Source: Eledone cirrhosa
Lineage: Eukaryota
NCBI GenBank assembly: GCA_964016885.1
Contig: OZ024743.1
Coordinates: forward strand, 125,178,001-125,242,000
Reading direction: 5' to 3'
DNA length: 64,000 nt
Made by a program: the position numbers and the translations under genes
Shown here: positions 12,870-27,224 of the stretch, piece by piece
How the letters are laid out: every line of letters begins with the position of its first letter
Numbering within the stretch: position 1 is the first letter of the stretch
The notes under the pieces: model-generated
The model's database searches: none
What the model was told of the DNA's origin: nothing
The model's input: only the letters and a program-made list of their open reading frames with translations

Positions 12870-13560
12870 CTCCCACCTCTTCAGGGAACTGACTCACCTG
12901 TTAGGATGTAAACACATCCGCACGACAGCTTATCACCCGCAAGCTAATGGTCTCGTGGAAAGATTCCATCGCCAATTGAAAGCTGCAATAAAAGCATATC
13001 CAGACAAGACCCACTGGTTTGAATACCTACCACTCATCCTTCTGGGCATTCGATCCACCGTTAAGGAGGAATTCGGGTACACACCTGCAGAATTAGTGTA
13101 CGGCACCACCCTGGTTCTACCTGGTCAGATGGTTGCGCCCATCTCTCCTCAGGATGTTCTAGACCCAGGACCATACGTACACCGTCTTCGACAATATATG
13201 TCTCACCTTGCTCCTGCAAGCACCCATCAACAGAACATGGCCACACACGCACCTTCAGACATTAAAGATTGGACACACGTTTTCGTTCGAAATGACACCA
13301 TCTCAGCTCATCTTCGACCTCCATATTCTGGCCCTTATCGTGTTCTAAAAAAATATCAGAAATATTTTATTCTCGATCTAGATGGTAAACAGAATTCTGT
13401 CAGCGGGAACAGATTAAAAAAAAGCCATCATGGATACTGTTACAGTCTCTACACCAGAAACTCCAACAGATTGCTGTCCCAGCGAGCCACTTGTTTCATC
13501 TCCAATCACGAGAAGCGGACGACGCGTCCATTGGCCCGCAAAGTTGGCACAATATGTGAA
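12825..13560 (+). pseudogene. Gypsy integrase core and C-terminus (frameshifted continuation)
   Basis: [28 protein letters not shown], and a GPY motif (PPYSGPYRV). Confidence 0.9.
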
Positions 13561-13720
13561 TTACCGTTAACCTCAAGTGAGTTTCTTAATCATTCTTCGT
13601 GCAAAACATTTCCATTTTTCTTGTGTTTACTATTTCCAGTTTCAAATACAATGAACTTTCTGCTTGAACAATTGCAATTTTTAGTGATCATGTGCTCATG
13701 TCACGAAGAACATTATTTAT

Positions 13721-13905
13721 TGGATTGGCAGTATCGGTAGAGGGTCGGACGCCATGCTTTCCAGCATAGTTACGTCCCTTTACGATCTGAGTTCAAATCC
13801 CGCCGAGGTTGACTTTGCCTTTCATCCTTACGGGGTCGATAAAATAAAGTACCAGTAATGCACTGGGTAATTACTGGCCTTGTGCCTAAAGTAGAAACAA
13901 TTATT
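13721..13905 (+). mobile_element. tRNA-derived SINE inserted in the Gypsy 3' UTR
   Basis: TGGATTGGCAGTATCGG...GAGTTCAAATCCCGCC...GAAACAATTA. Confidence 0.92.
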
Positions 13906-14663
13906 TATTACAAACTCTATTTAAGAACAAACATTGTGTATAACATTTTTTTTCTTCACTCTCTTGTTTTGCAAAAATTTATATTTTTCTTGTTCTGTAA
14001 CATTGATTGTGTAATTGCCATAATTTTTATATACATACAAGGCGTGTACATATTCTGTTTTTCATGCACACTACAAAACCACGTTTGTTTCACCTTTTGG
14101 TTCATACACTGAGCAATAGATATTTGTGTCCCTCTAACTCTTACACTACAAAATGTTTTCTCTTTGATCACGCATTTCACAAATCGCATCCTCAAAACAC
14201 TGGCCTTCTTTTTTCACGTACACATTCACTCAATAGCTCGAGAATGCCTCGCTATTTTTTTTTACCACATGCATTCGCTCAAGTCATATGCTGTGGAGCA
14301 AACTGTTACTTTCAGGCAGCATGCTTACGGCCATTCAGTTCACAATTACGGTTATCTTCACTGCCCAGTTAGACTTTTTGTCACGCAATTCACAGACAGC
14401 TCAACCCAAATTGCAACAGGCTCATTCATCACGCCTGCATAAATCTGGTCAAAGTCATTTTATAGTTTATTTCTTTTTTCTCTTCCTGACACACACATCT
14501 TGCCATATCATCTCTACACCGACTCTGTCCTGTACTCGATGATCACAAAATTTCACAACGTTCTGGACACTCCTGGGGCTATTGTCATGACAAATGCACC
14601 ACTGGCCCATTACTATACGATATTTCGCTCTTTTGTTGTACAAAAGATCTGGCAGGGGGATAA

Positions 14664-15162
14664 TGTACAGCCACCGGAAATAACATCTGTGAAATATACA
14701 GCGCCATCTACCTGTTAGCTAGCTACCGCAACGTGAAACAAAAGAACCCTTAAAAGCTACCAGAATAAACGCCTACACAGCAGCTAAACATCAAACGATT
14801 ATTTCTGTATAAATAGAGTGGTTCCAAACACTTCGCCAGTTGACATTTGGCAGAGTCAACTCGCGTATCGTTGTTCCTCGCCTCTGCCACGCTTTGTCAC
14901 TCACACACGCCTTGTACCTCGTATCGTCGCTTCATGTGAAAATAAATAGCTGATCGAATTTACATCTCGCCTTGCTTCGTCCTTTCAACTTGTGCTTTCG
15001 TCTGTCCATCCTCAACAGTTCTTTTAAGGGCTATATGCGACAACAGTCCTTTTAAGGGCTATCTTCAGATCTGATCAGACCGTATGCGATAAAAGTCCTT
15101 CTAAGGGCTATTCTCGGATCTGATCAGAAGTAGTGACTAGACTGACTAACCACGTCGCTACA
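14664..15162 (+). repeat. 3' LTR of Gypsy element
   Basis: Direct repeat of the 5' LTR with extra internal repeat units. Confidence 0.95.
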
Positions 15163-15584
15163 ATGACATACGTAAACACACATGTTCTATGGTGCAACAC
15201 AAATATACACAAATTTGCATACCCTTTGATGTCTATAGATATAAACGTGCCGACACACACACATACATAAACGCACACATGCATTGCACACTGATGGGCA
15301 CATACATATTTGTACACAAGTATTCCAATACGGCAAGGCCTAATGGATTCCCCTTGCAGTACGTACAATCTGGTCACTCACACACACCTGGTATTATGCC
15401 AATACTATATATCATTTCACACCTTTTATTATTAAGGTTTTTGATGTTCTATTGAGAGAATCGTTTTTACTGAAAATATCGAATAATGTACACCATTTTT
15501 ACCAATATCACAAAAATACTGGTCCACCCACACACACACACATATATACACACACACATACACACGCGTACATTAACATACAAA

Positions 15585-15629
<45 letters not shown>

Positions 15630-15738
15630 CTCTGTATAAGACAAGAGCTGAAAAATATCTTTTAACATGTTAAAATATCCCCCACACACGTACAGGCATA
15701 TTCCTACTGACCATCCCTCTGTCACGAATTACTCTGCT

Positions 15739-15821
<83 letters not shown>

Positions 15822-15949
15822 TCTTAATAGGCATTTGAACTGTCAACAGGCTGCGGTTCGCACACACATCCCTGCTGACCACTATCACAACAACGAACCT
15901 CTTTACTACTACTACACACACACACACATATTTGTTTTGAAAGACTTAT

Positions 15950-16333
15950 TTTTCAGTGACTTCTCAATCAGCCGACACAAACCTACATTTGGCGCAAAAT
16001 CAATTTTTAACATTCACATGACCTCTACCGACCAATCAAAACTGTTTTGACCACAAGAATTTTTGCAACACGAATTGGCGCGAAACTTATTTTAATACAT
16101 CTGGAGCCACTTTTTTCACATAAAACAGGTGGAATTTCCCAAACTAATCAGATTAGAGCAAACATCACGGGCGCTCTATCTCAAAATTATTTTTGAAAAG
16201 CATTAGAAATGCGCAACCGGTAAAACTTAAAACCAAAACTGAATAATAACCAATACTATTACTAATTTTTACTTATTCCTAATTAAACTATTTTTCACTG
16301 GGAACAATTTGTCAGCATTTTCTTTTCCGTTTA

Positions 16334-16337
<4 letters not shown>
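15950..16337 (+). mobile_element. Diverged pLTR relative of the 16.6-17.2 kb family
   Basis: Shares TGGCGCGAAA, GAGCCACTTTTT and TTGAAAAGCA...CCGGTA. Confidence 0.6.
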
Positions 16338-16425
<88 letters not shown>

Positions 16426-16523
16426 GGTTTGTTAGTTCACCACTGAAATGATCATACTATAATAAACTTTTCAAGGATTCACACCAGTCCAGCCTCTCCT
16501 GTTATTTTACAATATATATATAT

Positions 16524-16556
<33 letters not shown>

Positions 16557-16582
16557 AATAAATATATATATATATATAAATA

Positions 16583-17177
16583 TATAAAGAAAAAGAGATG
16601 AAATCGAAAATGCAACTGAAGTCTTATTTTTAAAAAATATATATATATTTATTTGGTTCCTTTACTGGTTTCGCAGTTCTTCTGCTTTTCAAAAGGTGAG
16701 TTGAGATGGAGGGTCTGTGGTTTTTCTCACATCTGGTTGGTCTCTGAATGTTACTTGTTTTATATGGAAAAAGTGGCTCGAAATTCCAGGTTTTTCGAGA
16801 AGTAATTTGATTGGTTTGTCATCTCTTATTTGAAGAACCATTGTAACGCGAACTGGCGCGAAATTTATTATAATTATTGACAAACCAATCAAATTACTTC
16901 TCGAAAAACCTGGAATTTTGAGCCACTTTTTCCATATAAAACAAGTAACATTCAGAGACCAACCAGATGTGAGAAAAACCACAGACCCTCCATCTCAACT
17001 CACCTTTTGAAAAGCAGAAGAACTGCGAAACCGGTAAAGGAACCAAATAAATATATATATTTTTTTTTAAATAAGACTTCAGTTGCATTTTCGATTTCAT
17101 CTCTTTTTCTTTATACTTTCACTCGTGTAGGACACCTCGGTTATTTTTCATTTTGTAAAAAAAACTTCACTTTCTAA
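16583..17177. mobile_element. Fold-back pLTR unit, arms 16583-16821 / 16878-17115, tail to 17177
   Basis: About 238-bp near-perfect inverted repeat between (TA)n tracts. Confidence 0.9.
17003..17040 (+). ncRNA. Minimal hammerhead with U3-A8 core variant
   Basis: CCTT-TTGAAAA-GCAG AAGAA CTGC-GAAA-CCGG-TA-AAGG. Confidence 0.7.
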
Positions 17178-17186
17178 TATAAATAT

Positions 17187-17245
<59 letters not shown>

Positions 17246-17272
17246 AATATATATTTATATATATAAATATAT

Positions 17273-17325
<53 letters not shown>

Positions 17326-17351
17326 TATATTTATATATATAAATATATATA

Positions 17352-17975
<624 letters not shown>

Positions 17976-17987
17976 TAGAAGATTATA

Positions 17988-18176
17988 TTAATTGTTTCTA
18001 CTTTTGGCACAAGGCCAGCAATTAACCAGTACATTACTGGTACTTTATTTTATCGACCCAGTAAGGATGAAAGGCAAAGTGAACTTCGACGGGATTTGAA
18101 CTCAGACCGTAAAGGGACGTAACTATGCTGGAAAGCATGGCGTCCGACTCTCTACCGATACTGCCAATCCACCGCC
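17988..18176 (-). mobile_element. tRNA-derived SINE
   Basis: Full-length family consensus. Confidence 0.92.
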
Positions 18177-18404
18177 TCGAAATATATATAATAAAACATT
18201 TTGATTATGTGAATGTCTTCATTTATTAATATTCTGAATAATATATATACATATATATATTTATATACATATATATATATATATACATATATATATATTT
18301 ATATATATATGTATATATTTATTTATATATATATTTATATATATATATATAGATAGATTTCTTTATTTACCATAAAGGCATTATTTATATATATATATAT
18401 ATAG

Positions 18405-21400
18405 ATATATTTCTTTATTAGCCACAGGGGCACAAAAGAAGGGGACAAATACAAAGGGGGAAGTTTACATACAATAAAAACGTGTAAAATGTTATCACAG
18501 ATGGAATTTAAAAGTTAGTCGATTTTCCCCAATAGAGGGAGACAGTTTATATGGGTAACACATACCCCCGAAAAAAAATGTGCAACCCTCATCTCCAGGA
18601 GTACGAAGAGCTTGTACTCCTTTCCTCTCCTCCTCCTTTTCCTCAACCTACAGGCTGATATAGAGAGAAGGCCCATTCACTCGGGCCATTCTCGCCACTT
18701 TCACCCACCTTTCATAAAACTTGCTGGGGTACAGCACCTCTCTCTCCATCCTGATTCTTCTTCCAAAGTGGTATTTGAAAAAAAAGAATCAGTTGTTGGC
18801 CGGAGAGAAAGGTGTCTGACCTCAGCCCTTTCAACCTTGTCCACCATACAACCTCTTTCGCTATAGCTATCACACAAAGGAAAACTGCCTCTCCTTCGTT
18901 TTTGAAGGAGGGTGGCGGTTTGATCATGACAATGGACTCGGTGGTCAACTGGATTGGTCCCACCCGCGACAATAGTCGTTCTACATAGCCCCACAGGTCA
19001 GTGACGCCCGGGCAGTGTATGAATGCGTGCGCGACGGTTTCTTCGTCTCGCACGCACCTCGGACAGATCTTTTTTGCAGGGTCCCTGCCCGGGCGCCCAT
19101 GTCTGTAGAGCTTGTCTCGAACTGGTAGAGCTCCTCGGTAGCACTGCCAGGCCAGGGACTTTTGGAAGTTGTCCATCGGTGCCGGGCGGAAGGTCCTACC
19201 GAACAGACTGGCCAGTTCATCTTCCTCTACGCCTAGAGTTTCACCGAGCGCGTCGTCGCACTTGCTGCGGACCAACCCTCTATAGAATGACGAAGTGGAG
19301 TCTCCACTGATCTCCGGGTCCGCCTGCCAGAGGGCTGTGAGCGCCTGAGCACATTCGATGTGCCAGTCGCCCATTTTCCTCGGTCTCTGCTTGACCCAGG
19401 ACTGCAGCTCGGTCAGCGAGACGAGTCGTGGGAAGGCTCGCCTCACGAACGGGGCCCACACCGGTTGTCCGGTGAGGAATACGTAGAGATGCCGCAGCCT
19501 GAGCGCGTGTTTGCGCATCGTCAACCACGGCATCCCCAGCCCTCCGTTAGAAGGGCGTTGGCAGCAGATGGATCTTCTCACCAAAGGAGCCCGCCTCTTC
19601 CAAAGGAATCGGAAGAGCGCGCGCTCCATTTTGGCGAGCGTTTTGGCTGGACAAGGCACGACGGTCAAGCGGTAGTAGATGGCGGACGCTATAAAAGTGT
19701 TCGCCACCTCCGCTCGACCTTTCAAGGATAGTTTGCACTCGGCCCACTTCTGGGTGAGTGCAAACACCTTGGCCGTCACTTCGTTCCAGTTCTTCTCCAC
19801 CTGGAGGTCCGGACCAAACCAGACCCCGAGCAGCTTTACCGGTCCTCCCGTCCAGCGTCCGACGACGCCATCGGAAGGCATCGGTCTGCCTCTCCACGAT
19901 CCGAGTTGCAAACCGATGGACTTGTCCCAGTTCAGCTTCGCTCCTGTGAGACTTTCGTATTCCTTCAGTAAGGTGCCGACTTCCTCGATTTGCGAAGCGC
20001 TCGACACCATTACTGTCACGTCGTCGGCGTAGGCCGACGCTGCTTTCCGCAGTCCCGGTTCCAGAGGGATGCCCTGCAATAGCTCCAGCTTCCGCAGTAG
20101 TGGCTCGAGAGTCAGTACGTACAGAAGGGAGGAGAGAGGGCATCCCTGTCGAATGGATCGCGTAATATGGAACGGCTCCGAGAGGTAACCGTTCACCTTG
20201 ACCCTTGAGCAGATGTTGCTGTTGTGTATTGCAGCAATCCAGCCCCTGAACACGGGTCCGAAGCCTGCCGCCTCGAGCACCGCATCCAGGTAACGATGGT
20301 CAACCCTATCGAAAGCCTTAGACTGATCCAAGTTGATCAGGGCCCCACCGAAGCCGGGTTTACACCCTACCCTCTCTATGATGTATCGCATGAGGTGGAG
20401 GTTGTCGTGTATGGACCTGGTCGGGATTGCGCATGTCTGCGCTTCTCCCACCAGGTTCTCGACGACAAGCGCCAGCCTCTTTGCCAACACCTTGGCCAAA
20501 ATCTGTAACTCTGTGTTTAGCAGAGTTATGGGCCGGAAGTTGCCTATGTCATCCCCCTTATTCTCGTCCTTCCTGATTAGTGTGACCACGCCCCCGGTTA
20601 CAGAACTGGGAATTCTCCCGTTCTGTTGCCAGTTGCAGTAGACCGCTTCCAGGAGACCGGAGAATAAGTCCGGCATTGCTACGTAAAATTCGTAGGGTAG
20701 ACCGTCGAGACCTGGAGATTTGCGTTTGCCGCATTGGCTCAGCGCGTCCCCTATCTCAGTGGCTGAAATCGGCTTTTCGCAGAACTTCGCATCGCTGTCC
20801 GAGAGTCGCGGTAGGCCGTCGAGGTATGGACCGAAATCCATAGCCTCTCCCGGCGCGCCGCTCCCCCCGAACAGCCGAGCAAAGTGCCGCTGAAAAGCCG
20901 CACACATCTGCTTCGGCTCACGTATCACGCGTCCGTTTTGGTCCTTCAAAGACCGAATCGTGGACTTGTTGCCACTTTTTGCCTCCGTCACTCGGGCCCA
21001 GCTAACAGCTTTGGCTCCCTCGTTTCCCAGAGCACGTATTTTGCTTCTGACAACGCAGCCCTCGTGCTTTGCGTCGAAGAACTGGTCCAAGGCCGTTCTC
21101 GTTGCTAGCACGCTGGCTACGTTGCCACTTCTAATTGCCTCTTCTACTTTATCTACCAGTTCCTTCTCGGTTCTATTTCTATCTAACGCTAATTCTTTAC
21201 TAAAAGCTATCGAGTCTAATCTAACTGCCCTCTTGAGAGAGTACCACCATCTGTTGTTGACAATGGCCCCTGTCAAGTGCTGTTTAACTAAAGTGCTAAT
21301 CCGTCTACTGTAGGCTTTGCTTGTCGGTAACGACAAGTTCAGCTTCCAGTAGCCGGGTCCTTGTCTATGGGTTCTATCAAGGTTGGCCATGCAGGTCACT

Positions 21401-22876
21401 AGTTTGTGATCTGAATAGGCAACCATGAACATTTGTGGACAGCTTAACATGTCCCTATCCTTATTTCTAACTAGAACCCTATCTAGGTACGATCTAGATG
21501 TTCCGCTACGATTACTCCACGTCCACAGTGGCGCAGTCGGAAAATCTAGTCGATATCTATCGGCCAGGTCAAATCGGTCGATTAACTGTTTGAGGCTGTT
21601 ACACCCCCCTTTATCGGGACATGCTCCCACATAGTCCATACGTGCATCTAGGATTCCATTCCAGTCCCCCACTAAAAGCAAGGAGCGGGACGTTCCCAGA
21701 AAAGTCTCTAGACGTTTGAAGAAGTCTGGCCGCGGTGTCCCGGATGGGGCATATGCGGCCACCAGCCTGAACGCTCCACCTTCACTACCGTCAACGTCTA
21801 GGACCACCAGTCGACCCTCCGGGTCCAGATGTACCGTCTGTGTTACGAGGTCCAGGTGTTTCCGCAGCAAAACGGCAACTCCGCCCCCACCCCCGGTTGA
21901 CAGAGAGATGCGTAGATCTCAAAGTCATCGAAGATGGGGGCCAGCTGTCGCTCGCCGTGGATCCTGGACTCGCAAATGGCTACCACATCCAAACTGTGCG
22001 ACCTGAGGTCGTTTAAGAGTTTGCCCTGTTTCCAGGGCATCCCCAGGCCGCGTACGTTCACACATCCAACTCTTATATTGGCCATGTTGGTGCTGAAAAG
22101 TTAAAAGAGGAAAAGAGATCACTCACCCTTCGCCTCCTGGGGACCAGGCCGCACGATTTCCATGGGGGTGTTGGAGGGGTTGTCTGGATGGGTGGTGGTT
22201 TCCGGCGGGGTGGGGACGCAGATGTTTGGTGGGGTGGGGTCTGGTGGGATGGGGGTGTCTGGGGTGGGGAGGCATTTGAGAAGGACGCGGTTGAGTGGTT
22301 TCACGCAGGAATTCCCCACATCCTTCTCAAATGTTTCTTTTAGGGACCTATAAGTTTGTATAGGGACCCTAATCAGTTTTAGGTTCAGTTTTTTGCTATT
22401 TTTTATAGAGTGGGCGAAAGTTTTCTCTTCGGTGAAAACCGAAGGGTCGTTCGTGATGGTCTACATTAGTGTTTTGTTTTCAGTGTTTATGTAAGTGTAA
22501 GTGTAATTTTCTTGTGTTGTGTTTGTTTTTGTCTGTAGTTCTTGTGTGTGCTTTCGTTTTGTTGTAGGTATTTTGTTTTCAGGAGGTGGGGGTTTTGTTT
22601 GTGATGTTTTTGTTGTTTGTGTTGGTGGTTGTATGTTTGTGGTAGTGTTTGCTGGTTTTTTGCTTTTGTGATGTCTTTTCTTTCTTTTCGAGCGATGGGG
22701 TTCTCCCTCGTCTTCACTGGGTGATGGCGAGATAGCCTCATCTGTTGTATCGTCTGTGTGATTGGGGAGGGGTATGTCTTGGGGAGCTGTTGTGTCTGTA
22801 TGTGATTTTGCAGTGGTTTTAGGTGGAGTGGGGTTGGGTGAGACTGTGTTTGTTGTGGTTATTTTTGTGTGTTGGT
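18405..22876 (-). mobile_element. Tx1/L1-clade non-LTR retrotransposon with a degenerate ORF1 remnant
   Basis: APE-RT-CCHC ORF2 and AATAAA at the 3' end abutting (TA)n. ATAGATAGAT occurs at both flanks. Confidence 0.9.
18712..22085 (-). CDS. ORF2 (AP endonuclease, RT, zinc knuckle), frameshifted near 21880 and 18780
   Basis: MANIRVGCVNVRGL start, GDWN, SYLDR, SDH, WKLN, KSPGLDG, FRPITLLN, LDQSKAFDRV, QGCPLS, YADD and CPRC..ETVAHAFIHC. Confidence 0.93.
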
Positions 22877-22877
22877 A

Positions 22878-23410
22878 TAGATAGATAGATAAATATACAC
22901 GGGTGCGTATGATTGTGTATAGAAGATTATATTAATAACAGGAATTCCAACGTTGTCTGATTTACTCGTTTTATTTACAATCCTTTAAAATATTAATTTT
23001 AAAGGATTGTAAATGAAACGAGTAAATCAGACAAAGTTGGAATTCCTTTTTTTAATATAATCTTCTATACACAATCATACACACCCGTGTATATTTAGCT
23101 ATCTATCTATATATATAAATATATATATATATAAATAAATATATACATATATATATAAATATATATATATGTATATATATATATATGTATATAAATATAT
23201 ATATATGTATATATGTTATACAGAATATTAATAAATGAAGATATTCACATAATCAAAACATATATTTTGATAATGTGAATATCTTCATTTATTAATATTC
23301 TGAATAATATATATACATATATATTTATATACATATATATATATACATATATATATATTTATATATATATGTATATATTTATTTATATATATATATATAT
23401 ATATTTATAC
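22878..23410. repeat. Double fold-back unit with turns near 22993 and 23262
   Basis: 22880-22991 mirrors 22996-23110. 23110-23258 mirrors 23264-23410 and also 18196-18358. Confidence 0.85.
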
Positions 23411-23661
23411 ATGTGTGTTTCAAGCTGAAGAGCACATCTTTTCAAAGAGGTCATGGAATATGGGACTTTTAGTTTCTATATATGTTTATTATTTTTGGAT
23501 GTGTTTGTATAAAGCCAAATATGAACCATCTTCTGGGTGGCTTCGATGTAACAGTTCTAAAGGAATCAACATTCTCAAAGCAACTGAAATTTGTCAACAT
23601 CTTTTAAAAGTAATTTATCCGAAATATAGATAGTTCATGTCATTGTATTTTATGTATTGAT

Positions 23662-23777
23662 TAGGATTGCATCGATTAATTGGCAGATAATCGGTATCGA
23701 TGATATCAACCATTTGCCGATTAATTGGTATCGGCTTTTGCCGATTAATTGATATCAGCCTTTTGCCGATTAATTGG
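23662..23777. repeat. Short GCCGATTAATTGGTATCGG tandem, probably a MITE/hAT subterminal relic
   Basis: Four to five degenerate copies of CGATTAATTG. Confidence 0.5.
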
Positions 23778-25102
23778 TTTGTTTATTCCTAATTGGTGGT
23801 AATATTGCGTGTACTGTTGTGATTTTGCATGTGGTAATGGTGGTGGGATTGGTATCTATTGTGGTAGTTCTGGTGGGGACGGAATTTGTTGTTTTTTTTG
23901 TTGTTATTTTGTCTTACAGCTCAAATTATTATCCTGTTCAGTCTTTGTATGAGCAGGATGCGTTGGGTTTCTTTTTCTTTTGTTTTGTTTTTTTTATGAG
24001 AAACGCTCTGACGCTCTTCCTCACATGACACGTTCGAAGTGTCAGAACTTGGAAAGGGCATTCTGCTCGGTGTCTACTTCTTTGTTTTTGTTATTATGAT
24101 ACGCCAAATACATTTTTCAAGATTTCAAATTCAGTAAAAAAAGAATACATTTCCATTTAAAATTACATTTTAACAGTAAATGTAATTACAGTATATTTTA
24201 TTTTAAAATAACATTGCTTCATTGAGGCCTTATTATATTACACTTAATTAGATATGGTGTGGAACTTTTAAGAGTTTCTCCGCCCCAGGACCAGCATTAA
24301 GGCCAACTAGGCAGCCGCCTAGGGCACATACAACAGAGAGGCGAATTACCGAACCTTAAAAGATCATAGTTTTCTACAAATTTTTATCATTAAATTACAT
24401 ATATAATTTTCTGCAATCAATGACTAAATTGTTAACATAAGCAGCACTGTGTAAATATCCAGAACGGTGAAGAGGGTCGTTTTTATTATGGTCAGAGAAA
24501 AGAGTATCAAAATGTCCGTTCATCAGTTTGCCATACTGAAAGTTGAAATTGTTTCATTTTGGAGAAAAGAATGCATAATTTGTTAAAAGGGTGTACATTA
24601 TAAATTACCCTAGGATACTAAATCAGACCTGCCAACCTTTAAAAACCCAAACGGGGAGTACCAGGAAAAAAGGTGTCCCAAAACGGGGAGAAAGAGAAAA
24701 CATCTCTCACCCATCCCAAAGTGGATGGGATATCTTCTTGCTCAGGTGCCGGCTCGGCATCGCCCACGACCTAACATGTAAACATAACATTCAATCTTTA
24801 TTTCTCACATTACAATAACTTAAAGGGTGCGATAGTACATACTAACAAATATAGTTCTTATGATCCAATGACATCGGATGGTTACTAAAATTCAGTAACG
24901 CCATCCCGGATAGAGTAACAAAAGGTAGTTTGTGCACAACTAAAAGGAAACATTCCTTTAGTATAGTTCAACCAATGCAAAGATAAAGCATGAACGAAAT
25001 GTATATCTTTATTTACAAGATTTTGAATCCATATATATATATATATATATGAGCTGAGGATCCGCTAAGGTGAAACAATTGTTTCACTTCTATATATATA
25101 TA

Positions 25103-26585
25103 TATAAGAGGGTGTTAAAGTTTGCTTGAAGCATTGTGAAATGTGTAAAATACGTAGTTAAGAAAGCCACAACAATGCAGAGGGAAATCTCGAGGTAGGA
25201 AGTGAATGATAGATAGAAGAAACAGGTGAAAGTGAAAATTGAGAGAGACAAAGATGAAAACAAAACAAAGGTAGAAGGGTTACCGTAGTGGAGATTTAAT
25301 CCCAATATTTCGGGCTCACGCCCATCAACGGGGGAAAGTTCCAAAAGGGGGGGGAACAGGCCAAGCGGAGAAAGTTGTGATGTCGTTAAGACAGGAATGC
25401 CGTTATGGGGAGAAAATTATTTAAAATTTAAACGAGGGAAAGAATGCGCGTTAGCGTGATAGGCTGTGGCAAAAGCTACTGACCAAATGGGTTAAATCAA
25501 GAGGGTGCGCTAGCGTGTGAAAGCCATAAGATATGTGTGTGTAAATATATATGTGTGTGTAACTCTGTGTGTATAAGTGTAAGTGTGTATATGTGTGAGT
25601 GTGTGTGTGTGTGAAAGATAGTGGGCTGTATACGACATAGGTGCGTAGGCAATCTTACCCCCGTATCGGGCAGTTGCTGAGGGAACATGTCCCATCTGAC
25701 TCGTCGGGTTTGTTGGAGAGGCATCTTCGCAGCGAAGGTCCTGTGTGGGCCAAATGTATGTCAAGTCCCTTCGTCCGTATGGCCCTGCGGATGGCGTTCG
25801 TGGTATATTCACTCAGGTGGGGGATTTTAAAGAAGCACCTGCTTTTATTTAAGTTTCTAGTGGGTGTCTGTCTATTGGGTCTGGGGTCTCTAATTCCGTT
25901 AATCAGTCGCTTGGGATAACCATTAGATCTGAGTAGATTACGGAATTGCGTGGTATGGGTGAGACCACCCATCGGGTCGCTGCATCTGTTAGTGATCCGT
26001 GTCAGTTCATTTAGGACATAGCCTCTCTTAGCGTTGTTGGGGAGGGCTGAGTTATAATGCACAAATAAGTCCTTGCACGCTACTTTGCGGTAGAAGGTGG
26101 TGTTTATGTCTCCTTCTTCCGAGATGTTGATACGGAAGTCGAGGAGGGCGAGTGACCCGTCTTCTCCTGGGTGTTCGATGGTGAAATCGACGTGATGGTC
26201 AGTATCGTTGAAGATTTGGTGAATTTCATTCGCCATCTCCCGGGAAGAAGGGAGTAGAAGGCGACGGCGTTGGGTTGGCAGGTATTGAGTGCCTTGCGTT
26301 CCAGGTGGTCCATGTACGAGATCGCAAGTATGCCGGACAGACTAGAGCCCTTTCTCCGCTTGGCCTGTTCCCCCCCCCCCCCCCCTTTTGGAACTTTCCC
26401 CCGTTGATGGGCGTGAGCCCGAAATATTGGGATTAAATCTCCACTACGGTAACCCTTCTACCTTTGTTTTGTTTTCATCTTTGTCTCTCTCAATTTTCAC
26501 TTTCACCTGTTTCTTCTATCTATCATTCACTTCCTACCTCGAGATTTCCCTCTGCATTGTTGTGGCTTTCTTAACTACGTATTTT
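25103..26585 (-). mobile_element. Internally deleted Penelope-like element with inverted pLTRs (25146-25377 / 26350-26583)
   Basis: About 235-bp inverted repeat flanking the RT remnant GSSLSGILAISYMDHLE...FTIEH...LLDFRI...FYRK...VHYNSALP. Confidence 0.9.
25655..26350 (-). pseudogene. PLE RT C-terminal/thumb fragment lacking YxDD and most of GIY-YIG
   Basis: ORFs 26104-26313 and 25655-26236. Sequence ends CSLSNCPI..DCLRTYVVY, then a deletion. Confidence 0.85.
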
Positions 26586-26586
26586 A

Positions 26587-26647
<61 letters not shown>

Positions 26648-26820
26648 ATACTTTGGGAGGGTCATGTTGCCAATAAGAAACACACGCACCAGTTGCTTTC
26701 ACTTCAATTTATTATAATAAATTTATAAATTTAGGAATTTATAAATTTCTGGTTGGTTGGTTGGTTGGTTCCACAACCAGATAGTTGTTTATATATTCAG
26801 AAACGAAAACGAAATATGTA

Positions 26821-26967
<147 letters not shown>

Positions 26968-27141
26968 AGTATATCTACCAACATATGTATACCCATGCTA
27001 GCAAATATATATGTTATGTCTTAGTACCTTTGTGGTTCTATGCAGGGGGATGCAGAACAATTATATGAAAGACGTAAAATAAGAAAATTTTAATAGTAAG
27101 TAAGTTAATTTTTAATTTTTAAAATTTTCTTATTTTACGTC

Positions 27142-27224
<83 letters not shown>

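Larger units (their letters stand above)
9678..15162 (+). mobile_element. Ty3/Gypsy LTR retrotransposon with both LTRs; gag is N-terminally deleted and pol is frameshifted
   Basis: LTRs 9678-10135 and 14664-15162 (TGT...ACA), TSD ATGA on both sides, PBS-like TGGTGAGTC at 10138, PPT GGCAGGGGGA at 14651-14660, and PR-RT-RH-IN domain order. Confidence 0.97.

Noticed and set aside
18981-22006. Plus-strand and alternate-frame ORFs over the Tx1 element
   Set aside because: Shadow ORFs of GC-rich coding sequence with no recognisable motifs.
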